From positions 1-26,298 of the IMG/VR virus record IMGVR_UViG_3300045988_009838: a DNA stretch of 26,298 nucleotides; one strand, 5' to 3'. This stretch comes from a virus. The notes beneath the pieces were generated by a model. That model saw nothing but the letters and a program-made list of their open reading frames with translations, ran no database searches and was not told where the DNA came from. This document shows positions 9,244 to 16,756 of this stretch, in pieces. Positions within the stretch are counted from its first letter, which is position 1. Every line of letters starts with the position of its first letter. A program made the translations under genes and the position numbers.

Positions 9244-9660
9244 TCAACGTTCCACAACTAATTTGCCATCTCTATACAATTCTGCAAATGCTAGGATAGC
9301 ATTATTTAGCAATCCTTGAAAGGCTGTCCTTTCGAATCCGATTGCTTGGGCGATTTGCCAGTTTGGTTTCGGTGGGTATGCTAGATATTTCTCTATCAGT
9401 ATTCTGCGATAGTCTGGACGATATAGCCCACTAACTGCTTGCTCTATGGCTTCTAGCTCGTTCATGGCATCGACACGCCTAACTGCGATATTTTCCACTG
9501 GTCTACTCACTCCGCTGCCACCTCTTGGCATAAAAGTGAACTCTTGTGTAATCTTCTGTTCAGCGCTATCGTGTGCTATCTCTCGCCATCTTGGATATTC
9601 TCGAAGTTTTCGCTTGCAACCTCTGATAGTTGCTTTCTCATCAATTTCCGGCAATAGCAT
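9244..9660 (-). CDS. arpU: ArpU-family late-gene transcriptional regulator
   Basis: The track ORF 9244..9750 is trimmed to the ATG at 9660 (RBS AGAGGA 7 nt upstream). MLLPEIDEKATIRGCKRKLREYPRW... and the position just before terS fit ArpU/RinA-type regulators. Confidence 0.7.
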   Translation of the reverse strand: MLLPEIDEKATIRGCKRKLREYPRWREIAHDSAEQKITQEFTFMPRGGSGVSRPVENIAVRRVDAMNELEAIEQAVSGLYRPDYRRILIEKYLAYPPKPNWQIAQAIGFERTAFQGLLNNAILAFAELYRDGKLVVER

Positions 9661-9683
9661 TGTTCTGTCCTCTTTGGTATAAT
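9655..9683 (+). promoter_or_regulatory. Plus-strand extended -10 promoter (TAGCAT-17-TGgTATAAT) overlapping the arpU start codon
   Basis: TGGTATAAT at 9675-9683; the weak -35 hexamer at 9655-9660 contains the CAT of the arpU ATG. Confidence 0.4.
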
Positions 9684-9776
9684 AGTAGTGTTGATTTCCA
9701 AAGAGTGCCGGCCATCGTGTCGGTCTTTTTTTGTTTGGCCCAAAAAACATTAAGAGGTTTTATAAGGGAAAGATTA

Positions 9777-9827
9777 ATGTATTTGTTTTTGGGTTGTTTC
9801 TTGGGCCTTGTTACCACCTCCTTCTAG
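9777..9827 (+). CDS. Possible 16-codon hydrophobic micro-ORF (MYLFLGCFLGLVTTSF) on the candidate plus-strand transcript
   Basis: ATG preceded by AAGGGA 7 nt upstream; the stop lies directly before the plus-strand terminator. Too short to judge coding potential. Confidence 0.2.
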   Translation: MYLFLGCFLGLVTTSF

Positions 9828-9860
9828 CCAAGACACCAGCAAGGTCTTTGGCTTTATTTA
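9826..9860 (+). terminator. Plus-strand intrinsic terminator
   Basis: AGCCAAGAC-accagcaag-GTCTtTGGCT (9 bp with one bulged T) followed by TTATTTA. The reverse orientation has no U-tract. Confidence 0.5.
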
Positions 9861-10030
9861 GTAATGCGATATCGATAAGAAAGAGGGTGTTTCACATCCT
9901 TTTTTCTTAAATTTGCTGGGTTTGTTTGAGCAAGGTCTGTCAGTTTGCCCGGTGTTGAAAAAGTGTTCAAGCCACTAAAAATCTATATCCATTTTTTAGC
10001 TTCATTTTTTATTTTTAGTGTATTTGACAG

Positions 10031-10068
10031 ACAATGACTGGCAAAGGAGTCGAACCCTTGACAGCCAG
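10031..10068 (-). ncRNA. tRNA-like minihelix E1 (T-arm plus acceptor-like stem), not a complete tRNA
   Basis: Minus strand reads CTGGC-TGTC-AAGGG-TTCGACT-CCTTT-GCCAG-TCATTGT. GGTTCGACTCC matches the tRNA T-arm consensus, but no D-arm or anticodon arm could be folded. Confidence 0.4.
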
Positions 10069-10087
10069 ATATAGTGAAATCATTATC

Positions 10088-10111
10088 GGGGATATTCCCC
10101 TTTCGTTTTTT
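10088..10111 (+). terminator. Weak plus-strand terminator-like hairpin
   Basis: GGGGA-tat-TCCCC followed by TTTCGTTTTTT; the stem is only 5 bp. Confidence 0.3.
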
Positions 10112-10350
10112 GAAATAATACAAGAATTTAGTTGGATGAATTATGAAGATTTCTGACCTATATCTACTTGCAGGCATACGCCTTGAAGAATCACGCCACC
10201 AGTAATGCGTTTTAGATTTTGTGAATAATAAATAAAGGAATACCTACTTTCTATATTTTAGATTTACTGGATTTTGGTAGCGTCAACAACCAGTCATGCT
10301 TCAGCTTGATTTGAATGAAAAGAAATCAAAAGGCTCCTCTTTTCTAATAT

Positions 10351-10404
10351 GTATTGACTGGTAATAGCTAGCGAGGGAAGTCGAACCCTCATAGACCGTT
10401 CTAG
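10351..10404 (-). ncRNA. tRNA-like minihelix E2, a direct repeat of E1, starting at the stop codon of 10405..11115
   Basis: Minus strand reads TAGCTAG-AACGGTCTAT-GAGGG-TTCGACTT-CCCTC-G-CTAGCTA-TTACCAGTCAATAC. It shares GGGTTCGACT and CCAGTCA(A/T)T...TAC with E1. Confidence 0.4.
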
Positions 10405-11115
10405 CTACACGCCTAACATGTAGGCTTTATATAGGGCTTTTCTGACCGTAATTTTATCCCTGCCTGTCTTGCCTTTAGTTCGGTATTCAAGCATAATGCG
10501 GTCAGCATCGTCATCCAGCCTATCGGGCCAATCGTAGTTATTGAAGACATAATCAACGATTTTGCTGAATAAGTCTCGTGACAGCATCCCTTCCATTTGA
10601 ATCACTTTCAATGGCGTTAAGGCAGCTTTCTCCGCATAGCAACAATTGAGGGCGTTTTGGGTTTTGTTAGCTTGCTTCTTATCGCAACCTTTAATGTCTC
10701 TGATGTACTTGTTTAGGTCGTTAGGGTGTTCCTTGCGTAGTTCTTCCACTTCCTCACGGAATCGCTTAAACAAGTCCTCTGGCAGTCCTGCGTTGGTTTT
10801 CTCCAAAACTGGGCGCGTGGTTTTGCCCCTTGTGTAGTGTTGTGACAGATATGCTTGTAGGTCGTTGAATAGTCCGTCGGAAATGATGCCTTTTAGTCTG
10901 TCAACTGTTTGAGGTGAGATCCTCGCACGCTCCACCACTGCACTATTAAACGCTTGATATATGATGCGAGCTTGTAACTCATCGCACTGTTTCACATCTT
11001 GGAAAAATTGCTTATAAGAGCCTTTTTTGTGTGCTTTTCTCAGTGCCGCATGTTCACTGACCAGCCGTTGATATAATTCTGGTGTCAGTCCGGAATATTG
11101 GTAGGTTTTACTCAT
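10405..11115 (-). CDS. Hypothetical early protein built from two tandem ~100-aa repeats
   Basis: 236-aa ORF. Residues ~9-96 and ~110-197 align (GLxxxL(Y/F)xR...LRKxH...D(V/I)KxCD..QA...A(L/I)(S/T)P..V...G(I/M)(I/L)S..LF). Confidence 0.6.
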   Translation of the reverse strand: MSKTYQYSGLTPELYQRLVSEHAALRKAHKKGSYKQFFQDVKQCDELQARIIYQAFNSAVVERARISPQTVDRLKGIISDGLFNDLQAYLSQHYTRGKTTRPVLEKTNAGLPEDLFKRFREEVEELRKEHPNDLNKYIRDIKGCDKKQANKTQNALNCCYAEKAALTPLKVIQMEGMLSRDLFSKIVDYVFNNYDWPDRLDDDADRIMLEYRTKGKTGRDKITVRKALYKAYMLGV

Positions 11116-11582
11116 GAGTTCACCTCTAGCAGTTCTGGATTTGTGTGGATGTTCCCGATGATTTCAAATTCAAAACTTGTATCTGTTATAAGCTCTTTGA
11201 ATGTTAAATGTTCATCATTTACTAGGTTAAATAGTGATGATTCAGGTATTTTAGTTTTTCCAAAACCAAAACAAGTTGTCTCTTTCTCTATTTCGACATA
11301 GTTCACACCATAGGAAGAACCGTCTATATATCCTTCGTAACAATATTCCTCCCATTCATCATTAAATTTTAAGATATCCCCCTCGAAGATTTCTTTGTCA
11401 TTTTTATCCGTCAGTCCAGTTGATTGCATTAAAACGATATCGTCGAAGTCGTAGCGATTTGTCTGGTCGAAAAAGAGTGTCTTTACAGAAATTTCGCTTC
11501 TTCCGAAATCGATAGACATAATATCATCAACTTCGTACATTGTTTTATGAATTTTATCCCATGCTCGAAATCTCGGTATCAT
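11112..11582 (-). CDS. YopX-like protein
   Basis: 156 aa; N-terminus MIPRFRAWDK...MY and C-terminus IIGNIHTNPELLE are typical of the YopX family. Confidence 0.65.
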   Translation of the reverse strand: MIPRFRAWDKIHKTMYEVDDIMSIDFGRSEISVKTLFFDQTNRYDFDDIVLMQSTGLTDKNDKEIFEGDILKFNDEWEEYCYEGYIDGSSYGVNYVEIEKETTCFGFGKTKIPESSLFNLVNDEHLTFKELITDTSFEFEIIGNIHTNPELLEVNS

Positions 11583-11911
11583 TGTCCTCGCCCCCTTAAG
11601 TAGCTAGGGATATCATCCCCAATGTTTACTTGGTCGTATTGTTCCTTGCTGACAAGGAACTTGCCGTAAGCCCCACAATCTAGCGTGTATAGGTTTTTAA
11701 TTTTTGATTTTCCAGTTACCTTGCCGTGCATCTCTGCGCCCACGTTATCCACTCGATGGATAGTTACTGTCTCCACCCTGCGTGGCACTGTCAGAACATA
11801 GTAGACAGACAGCATATTGACAACCAGACTGACGACTAAGATGGCGCTTGAAATAGTCAAGCTATCCGTGTACCACTTCTTAGAGGTCTTCTTCTTTGAC
11901 GAATGTGCCAT
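11579..11911 (-). CDS. Small N-terminally membrane-anchored early protein
   Basis: 110 aa; basic N-terminus followed by one TM segment (ISSAILVVSLVVNMLSVYYVL); overlaps its neighbours in operon style. Confidence 0.55.
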   Translation of the reverse strand: MAHSSKKKTSKKWYTDSLTISSAILVVSLVVNMLSVYYVLTVPRRVETVTIHRVDNVGAEMHGKVTGKSKIKNLYTLDCGAYGKFLVSKEQYDQVNIGDDIPSYLRGRGQ

Positions 11912-12194
11912 TAATCATTTTCCCATTTCTATTCTTAATTTCCTCGTAAGCAATACCGAGACACTCAGTTACATCAAGGTCTAACTGATGTGCTAGTACG
12001 ATAATTGTTACTAGCGTGTCACCGATTGCATCTTTCAACGCTGCTTGTGGTTCCGTGAATTTCGTCGGTTTCAAGAGTACGTCTCGAATCTCTCCAACTT
12101 CCTCAGTCACACGCATCCACTGGATCTTTGGGTCGGCTTGCTTAAGGTTGCGGTCATCGGCCCACTGGTTAATTGCAGTGATTAGATCTTCCAT
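11880..12194 (-). CDS. MazG-like nucleotide pyrophosphohydrolase
   Basis: 104 aa; EEVGEI and DAIGDTLVTIIVLAH acidic helix motifs typical of small phage MazG-like proteins. Confidence 0.65.
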   Translation of the reverse strand: MEDLITAINQWADDRNLKQADPKIQWMRVTEEVGEIRDVLLKPTKFTEPQAALKDAIGDTLVTIIVLAHQLDLDVTECLGIAYEEIKNRNGKMINGTFVKEEDL

Positions 12195-12422
12195 TTACCT
12201 TGCTCCTCCCGTAAAATTATTAATCTTGTTTTGCAATCCTGTATCAATCAATTTATGTCTATAATCTAACAACGGATTCATTAAATCGTTCATCAATGCA
12301 GGTTTTAAAATAATTTCATCCACTTCCGAAAATATTTCATCTCTGATGTTTATTTTTAAACCATAGCCATTCGCAATATATTCGAGGTCGTTTTTAGACA
12401 AAGAAATCTCAAACACGCCCAT
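12195..12422 (-). CDS. Hypothetical early protein
   Basis: 75-aa ORF with RBS AAGGGGGTGG upstream. Confidence 0.5.
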   Translation of the reverse strand: MGVFEISLSKNDLEYIANGYGLKINIRDEIFSEVDEIILKPALMNDLMNPLLDYRHKLIDTGLQNKINNFTGGAR

Positions 12423-12436
12423 CTATTCCACCCCCT

Positions 12437-12511
12437 TCATTCCCCGCCAAACAGCGTGTGCCAAGCATAAACCACAGCTACGACCATCAAAATAAATTTA
12501 ATCGTTTCCAT
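12437..12511 (-). CDS. Possible 24-aa hydrophobic micro-protein (METIKFILMVVAVVYAWHTLFGGE)
   Basis: Own translation; below the ORF-track length cut-off. AGAGGTGG lies 4-5 nt before the ATG and the ORF fills the gap between two track ORFs. Confidence 0.35.
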   Translation of the reverse strand: METIKFILMVVAVVYAWHTLFGGE

Positions 12512-13001
12512 CGTCCACCTCTTTCACTTCCACGCCTGGGCAAGAGAACACCCAGCCAAAACCAGTTTTTTCTATTTCTTCGCGGGTGTTGCGTACTCTA
12601 ACATCGTCATTCTCGAAATTGTCGCTAACAACCCACTCGTTATCTTTAACAATGCGGTTTAAATAACCCCCTTTACCAAATAGCCCCTTGATTCTAACCG
12701 TATATCTAGGCTCTTTCTCGACCTCGTAGCCATCAACCCAAGCACGAGCAAAGATATCTTGGTTTCTTGCCTTTTTAATCCAGCAAATAAGTTCATCACT
12801 TTTATTCCACTGTTTCAAAAAATCTGGATTCATAGCAGTATATAATCCTATTGCCAAATTTTCTTTACACACATCAATCCAATCCGCCACACATTGCGGA
12901 ACGATTGGTTTAGGGAAGAATGAATCGTATAGGTCTTCTGCGTACGATACAGAGATATGCCCGATTGTCGATAATTTTTCTATTGCTTCTTGTCTAGTCA
13001 T
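12498..13001 (-). CDS. Hypothetical early protein (resembles streptococcal-phage DUF1642-type proteins, from memory)
   Basis: 167-aa ORF, coupled to its neighbours. Confidence 0.5.
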   Translation of the reverse strand: MTRQEAIEKLSTIGHISVSYAEDLYDSFFPKPIVPQCVADWIDVCKENLAIGLYTAMNPDFLKQWNKSDELICWIKKARNQDIFARAWVDGYEVEKEPRYTVRIKGLFGKGGYLNRIVKDNEWVVSDNFENDDVRVRNTREEIEKTGFGWVFSCPGVEVKEVDDGND

Positions 13002-13210
13002 TTCGTACTCTCCTTGTAAATAATCAGTGCTGATGTATCATACGTTCTGCGAAAGTCATACTCATAGATTGCTAACGCCACATTAGATTGATATTTAATA
13101 TCAATAATTTCTATATTTGGGTTTTCTGCAAGAAAATTATTGATTAATTCATCAATTTCTAGGTGGTTAAAAGTGCTAGTATTCTCACGTAAATACTTCG
13201 TTCTAATCAT
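12998..13210 (-). CDS. Hypothetical early protein
   Basis: The track ORF 12998..13237 is trimmed to the ATG at 13210, which is preceded by GGAGGAAATCG. Confidence 0.5.
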   Translation of the reverse strand: MIRTKYLRENTSTFNHLEIDELINNFLAENPNIEIIDIKYQSNVALAIYEYDFRRTYDTSALIIYKESTK

Positions 13211-13355
13211 CGATTTCCTCCATCCAGACAGTAGCATCTACTGCCACGCTTAACTTTTTCAACGCTTCAACGTGTTTCAGTGCCTTGTTCTTATCTGTGA
13301 AATAGCACTCCTTAACATCATCCATTGTGCGTGCTACTCGTACTATCCACCGCAT
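13203..13355 (-). CDS. Possible 50-aa ORF (MRWIVRVARTMDDVKECYFTDKNKALKHVEALKKLSVAVDATVWMEEIDD)
   Basis: Own translation; GGAG lies 8 nt before the ATG at 13355; fills an otherwise ORF-free gap. Confidence 0.3.
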   Translation of the reverse strand: MRWIVRVARTMDDVKECYFTDKNKALKHVEALKKLSVAVDATVWMEEIDD

Positions 13356-13483
13356 TCGACTAGCTCCACCGTGTACATCCTAGAATTTCGATATTTAACA
13401 CCTCGCAAGCGGTGCAATTCGTTGATAGCGTCGTTCTTGTTGCTAAAAATATGCTCACTGTCTGGCATATTGTCGTAGTACAC
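13343..13483 (-). CDS. Possible 46-aa ORF (GTG start; YYDNMPDSEHIFSNKNDAINELHRLRGVKYRNSRMYTVELVECGG)
   Basis: Own translation; no clear RBS; the start is coupled to the stop of 13486..13728 (TAATCGTG). Confidence 0.25.
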   Translation of the reverse strand: MYYDNMPDSEHIFSNKNDAINELHRLRGVKYRNSRMYTVELVECGG

Positions 13484-13485
13484 GA

Positions 13486-13728
13486 TTACTTTGTATCGCA
13501 TAACTTCATCATCTCCTTTAATAATTCTTCATCCGGTAACTGCTCCAGCATTAATATGCGATTGAGCTTCTTTGCATTGATTCCTAGCTTGGCGCTGATG
13601 TATTCCATGTCTTCGTGATTAGCCCAGAACCACTTCGAGAATTCTTGTGTTTGACCTAATACGCTTGTGTGATCGTAACTGCCCGGAGCATATACACCGA
13701 CCAGCTTGTCTTTATATTTGCTGTTCAT
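13486..13728 (-). CDS. Hypothetical early protein
   Basis: 80-aa ORF whose start overlaps the rusA stop. Confidence 0.5.
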   Translation of the reverse strand: MNSKYKDKLVGVYAPGSYDHTSVLGQTQEFSKWFWANHEDMEYISAKLGINAKKLNRILMLEQLPDEELLKEMMKLCDTK

Positions 13729-14186
13729 TCCAGCTCCTTGATTTCAAATTCAATGCGTGGATTAGGACTGTACTTCTTGCGAGCTCTTAAATCACAGACA
13801 ATACTATCATCCGTCCAGACGATACCCTTCTTATCAACTTTGTTGTATCCAGCTTTTGAAATACTGTCAAAGAGCGATTTAACCAGATTGTCAACGTCTG
13901 GAATTTTCGCATGCCAAAGCGTTTCAGACATGAAACTCTTGAATGCGTCCCACGTTTTAGCTCTAGCTTTTGGCGTGGGCTTTTTTGATACGTTCAGCGG
14001 GGCTTTCATGTAAAACACGACATCGACTGAAATCGGGCCGTCAAAGAATTGTCCGTCATACTCTTGCTCGATAAGTTGCGAGCACTGACGACGCCACACC
14101 TTCATTTTAGGGTCTTCATAAGTTCCAAACTTGCTGAATCGTGGCCTTGTTTGAGGTTTAGGCTCGATATTTAAAGTCATTTTCAT
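13725..14186 (-). CDS. rusA: RusA-family Holliday junction resolvase
   Basis: 153 aa; PKPQTRPRF near the N-terminus and a PDVDNLVKSLFDSI acidic motif typical of RusA. Confidence 0.75.
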   Translation of the reverse strand: MKMTLNIEPKPQTRPRFSKFGTYEDPKMKVWRRQCSQLIEQEYDGQFFDGPISVDVVFYMKAPLNVSKKPTPKARAKTWDAFKSFMSETLWHAKIPDVDNLVKSLFDSISKAGYNKVDKKGIVWTDDSIVCDLRARKKYSPNPRIEFEIKELE

Positions 14187-14194
14187 GCTGCACC

Positions 14195-14713
14195 TCAGAA
14201 CGGCAAATCATCACTAGTGATGTCCATTGGGTTTGCGTTACCGAATGAGCTGCCACCTTGTGCAAATCCTTGGCTTTGCTGTTGTGGCCCTTGTTGTTGT
14301 GGAGCTTGCTGACCATAAGGCCCTGCATAGCCGTTGCCATTGCCAAACGCTCCCGATGTTTTACCTTGATTAGCATTGCCACCTTCACGAGCTGCACGGC
14401 TTTCCAGCATTTGGAAGTTCTCAGCGACTACCTCGGTCACATACACTCTTTGACCTTGCTGATTCTCGTAGCTACGGGTCTGAATGCGTCCAGTAATTCC
14501 AATCAATGCGCCTTTTTTAGCCCAGTTAGCCAAATTCTCAGCTTGCTGGCGCCAGATAACACAGTTAATAAAGTCTGTTTCACGTTCGCCATTAGCGTCT
14601 TTGAAATTACGGTTAACAGCTAGGCTGAATGTAGCTACTGCGATATTGTTGACGGTGTATTTTAGTTCCGGGTCTCTTGTTAATCTTCCAACAAGACAGA
14701 CTGAATTAATCAT
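14195..14713 (-). CDS. ssb: Single-stranded DNA-binding protein
   Basis: OB-fold N-terminus [20 protein letters not shown], Gly/Gln-rich linker, acidic tip DDLPF. Confidence 0.95.
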   Translation of the reverse strand: MINSVCLVGRLTRDPELKYTVNNIAVATFSLAVNRNFKDANGERETDFINCVIWRQQAENLANWAKKGALIGITGRIQTRSYENQQGQRVYVTEVVAENFQMLESRAAREGGNANQGKTSGAFGNGNGYAGPYGQQAPQQQGPQQQSQGFAQGGSSFGNANPMDITSDDLPF

Positions 14714-14780
14714 AGTATTCTCTCCTTCTATTCACGATTTAGTAAATCGTCCAGTTTGGGTTTAGATTTTGGTCTTGACA

Positions 14781-15791
14781 TTAACTTAAATGTATTTTCA
14801 ATTCTTCTTCGGTCATACTGGCTATGTTTTGATAGCCGCTGACAGTGTAGTTTTGTTTGTATTCCCAACCGTTTTCGCTAAGTAAACGTTTAAATCTGTC
14901 TTTATCGTCTGAATCTTCAAAGTAGACTTCAAGTGTCATTTTTTGGCGATAACGTTTTGGTTCTGGAATGTTAGCTTCTTCAATTGCTGGCGTGTTTTCG
15001 ATAATTTCGCCTGTTTCTGAATCAACAACTAATGCCGTTGGTGTTGTCTCTACTATTTTTTCTTTTTGCTTTTGTAATTCAGCTTGTCGTAGTGCTTCTT
15101 GTTCTTGTCTTTGGCGTTCAGCTTCTTGCTTTTGTAATTCAAAAGCATGGTCTGAGCGAATCTGATCTAACACCTCCGCTAATGTCAGATTTTGAAGCAT
15201 GCGGATATACGGTTGGTCGGTCATTCCGTACTCTGAACAAAGTCCGGATATGGATTGAGTGGCTTTTTTAAAATCCTCTTGTTTTTGATATTCAAAAGTA
15301 ACCATGTCGTCTAATGCCTTCATAGTTGCTTTTTTAAGAGTTACACCGTCCGCCATAAAATCGCCATTTTTGATGTATTCCGTTGCTTTTTCATCGAAAA
15401 TGCGAGGGTCAATCATATATTCGCTGGCTTTGTTAGCTAAATAACTTTTAACCGTGTCCAATCTCAGTGCTTTTTGATGATTTTCAAACTCTTTCACATC
15501 ATTTGCGATTTGGTTGATAATATTTTTAAGAGGTTCCTCTGTTTCCTTGATATATTTTTCAAAATCCGTCGCTGGTTTTGATAACTCATTCTTGATTTTG
15601 ATGCGTTCGTCTGAAATTTGCTTGGTTAATTTTCGTAATTCAGCCAATACTTTCTTGTCGTCTTTGATAGTGCCAGCGGTGACAGTGTAATTTTGATACT
15701 TAGCAACTACATCAGCAATGCCTTTTTCAAAAACCTCTTGCCCTACAATCTCAACTTTGGCTTGTTCAATATTAACTTGTAATTCTTGCAT
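14781..15791 (-). CDS. RecT-associated coiled-coil protein (DUF1351-like, from memory)
   Basis: 336-aa ORF directly downstream of recT; long charged helical regions. Confidence 0.5.
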   Translation of the reverse strand: MQELQVNIEQAKVEIVGQEVFEKGIADVVAKYQNYTVTAGTIKDDKKVLAELRKLTKQISDERIKIKNELSKPATDFEKYIKETEEPLKNIINQIANDVKEFENHQKALRLDTVKSYLANKASEYMIDPRIFDEKATEYIKNGDFMADGVTLKKATMKALDDMVTFEYQKQEDFKKATQSISGLCSEYGMTDQPYIRMLQNLTLAEVLDQIRSDHAFELQKQEAERQRQEQEALRQAELQKQKEKIVETTPTALVVDSETGEIIENTPAIEEANIPEPKRYRQKMTLEVYFEDSDDKDRFKRLLSENGWEYKQNYTVSGYQNIASMTEEELKIHLS

Positions 15792-15804
15792 TGTTCACAC
15801 CTCG

Positions 15805-16560
15805 TTAATAGTCGAGAAGTTCGCCTTGAACTGGCTCGTTTTGTGAGTTGGCAACCGGTTGAGAATTGCTTTCGCTTGTTTGTTGGAAATGCGTTTGTTC
15901 TTGCTTCATTTGTTTGATTTGCGCCAACTTACGAGCTCTAACATCCTCTTGTGTCTCTTGTGGTGTTACATCCTTGATTCTGTCGAATGTTTCACCGCCG
16001 TCATCCTCGGTGTACATACTTCCTAAATCCTCTGGGAAAGCTTCACGTAAGGCATTGACAAGAGCGGTTTTTCTAATCATGGTAGCTGGCATAGCGTTCC
16101 AAGTGCTTTGTTTTTTATCGTATTCTTCACGACTAACGAAAACCTCTACAGGAACCTTGAAATTCTTGCGGTAAACTCTTGCCCAGCCACCGACGAGCGT
16201 GTCGTTAGGTAGTAGCAGCGCCCCTTTCCGCTCTACCATATCGCCAGAATCGTCAACAACTACCACTCCGGCTTCGAACCCTTCATAGTTTGGGTTTTGT
16301 GCTGCACGCTTCAAGAACGCTTCTTTTGAGACAATTAAGCTAAATTCAGCCCCACCATTTTTCTTTTTGTAAGCTACGATATAGACTTCGTTTAGCAATG
16401 GGTTGAGGTTACGACCTTTAATCAGCGATAAAGCTTGCCCAACTTGTTTTTCTGTCAACAAATCTTGTGGGTCGTAGTAGCGTTTAATATCTTGAAACGT
16501 CCATGCGCTTGTATCTGTTGAAATATCCCTTTTGTTTTGTGTTTGTAGTTGATTTGTCAT
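15805..16560 (-). CDS. recT: RecT-family single-strand annealing recombinase
   Basis: The track ORF 15805..16626 is trimmed to the ATG at 16560 (RBS AAAGGAAG). Its size, sequence pattern and adjacency to ssb and rusA fit RecT. Confidence 0.8.
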   Translation of the reverse strand: MTNQLQTQNKRDISTDTSAWTFQDIKRYYDPQDLLTEKQVGQALSLIKGRNLNPLLNEVYIVAYKKKNGGAEFSLIVSKEAFLKRAAQNPNYEGFEAGVVVVDDSGDMVERKGALLLPNDTLVGGWARVYRKNFKVPVEVFVSREEYDKKQSTWNAMPATMIRKTALVNALREAFPEDLGSMYTEDDGGETFDRIKDVTPQETQEDVRARKLAQIKQMKQEQTHFQQTSESNSQPVANSQNEPVQGELLDY

Positions 16561-16573
16561 ATCTTGTCTTCCT

Positions 16574-16756
16574 TTAGTGTGCACTAAAAATCTGCGTTGA
16601 TTTCTTAGCGAAATACATATATTCATTAATTTTGCTGATGAATGAGTATAAATCTAAATCATCCATCATTTTCTGTTTATGCTCTTGTGAGAATACAAGG
16701 CCGTGAATACGCTCGTAGTCTTCAAAGAGCTTTAGTTTTACTTCCGTTTCTGTCAA
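16574..16756 (-). CDS. Hypothetical small early protein
   Basis: 60-aa ORF fitting exactly between the loader gene and recT. Confidence 0.45.
   Translation of the reverse strand: MTETEVKLKLFEDYERIHGLVFSQEHKQKMMDDLDLYSFISKINEYMYFAKKSTQIFSAH

Noticed and set aside
9983-10177. 64-aa minus-strand track ORF spanning the tRNA-like element E1
   Set aside because: It has only a weak AAGG 4 nt from the ATG and is isolated from its neighbours. Its sequence is dominated by the hairpin and repeat elements, and it is not coupled to flanking genes. It is more likely a chance ORF in structured non-coding DNA.
10031-10420. Complete tRNA genes on the minus strand, suggested by two GGTTCGACT T-arm matches
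   Set aside because: The 5' acceptor strand pairs immediately next to the T-arm. I could not build D-arm or anticodon stem-loops upstream, and there is no CCA or discriminator context. They are therefore reported only as tRNA-like minihelices.
14734-14750. Perfect 17-bp palindrome ACGATTTA-G-TAAATCGT 20 nt upstream of ssb
   Set aside because: An 8-bp-arm palindrome is expected by chance at roughly this frequency in 26 kb of AT-rich DNA. There is no second copy, so it is kept only as a note.
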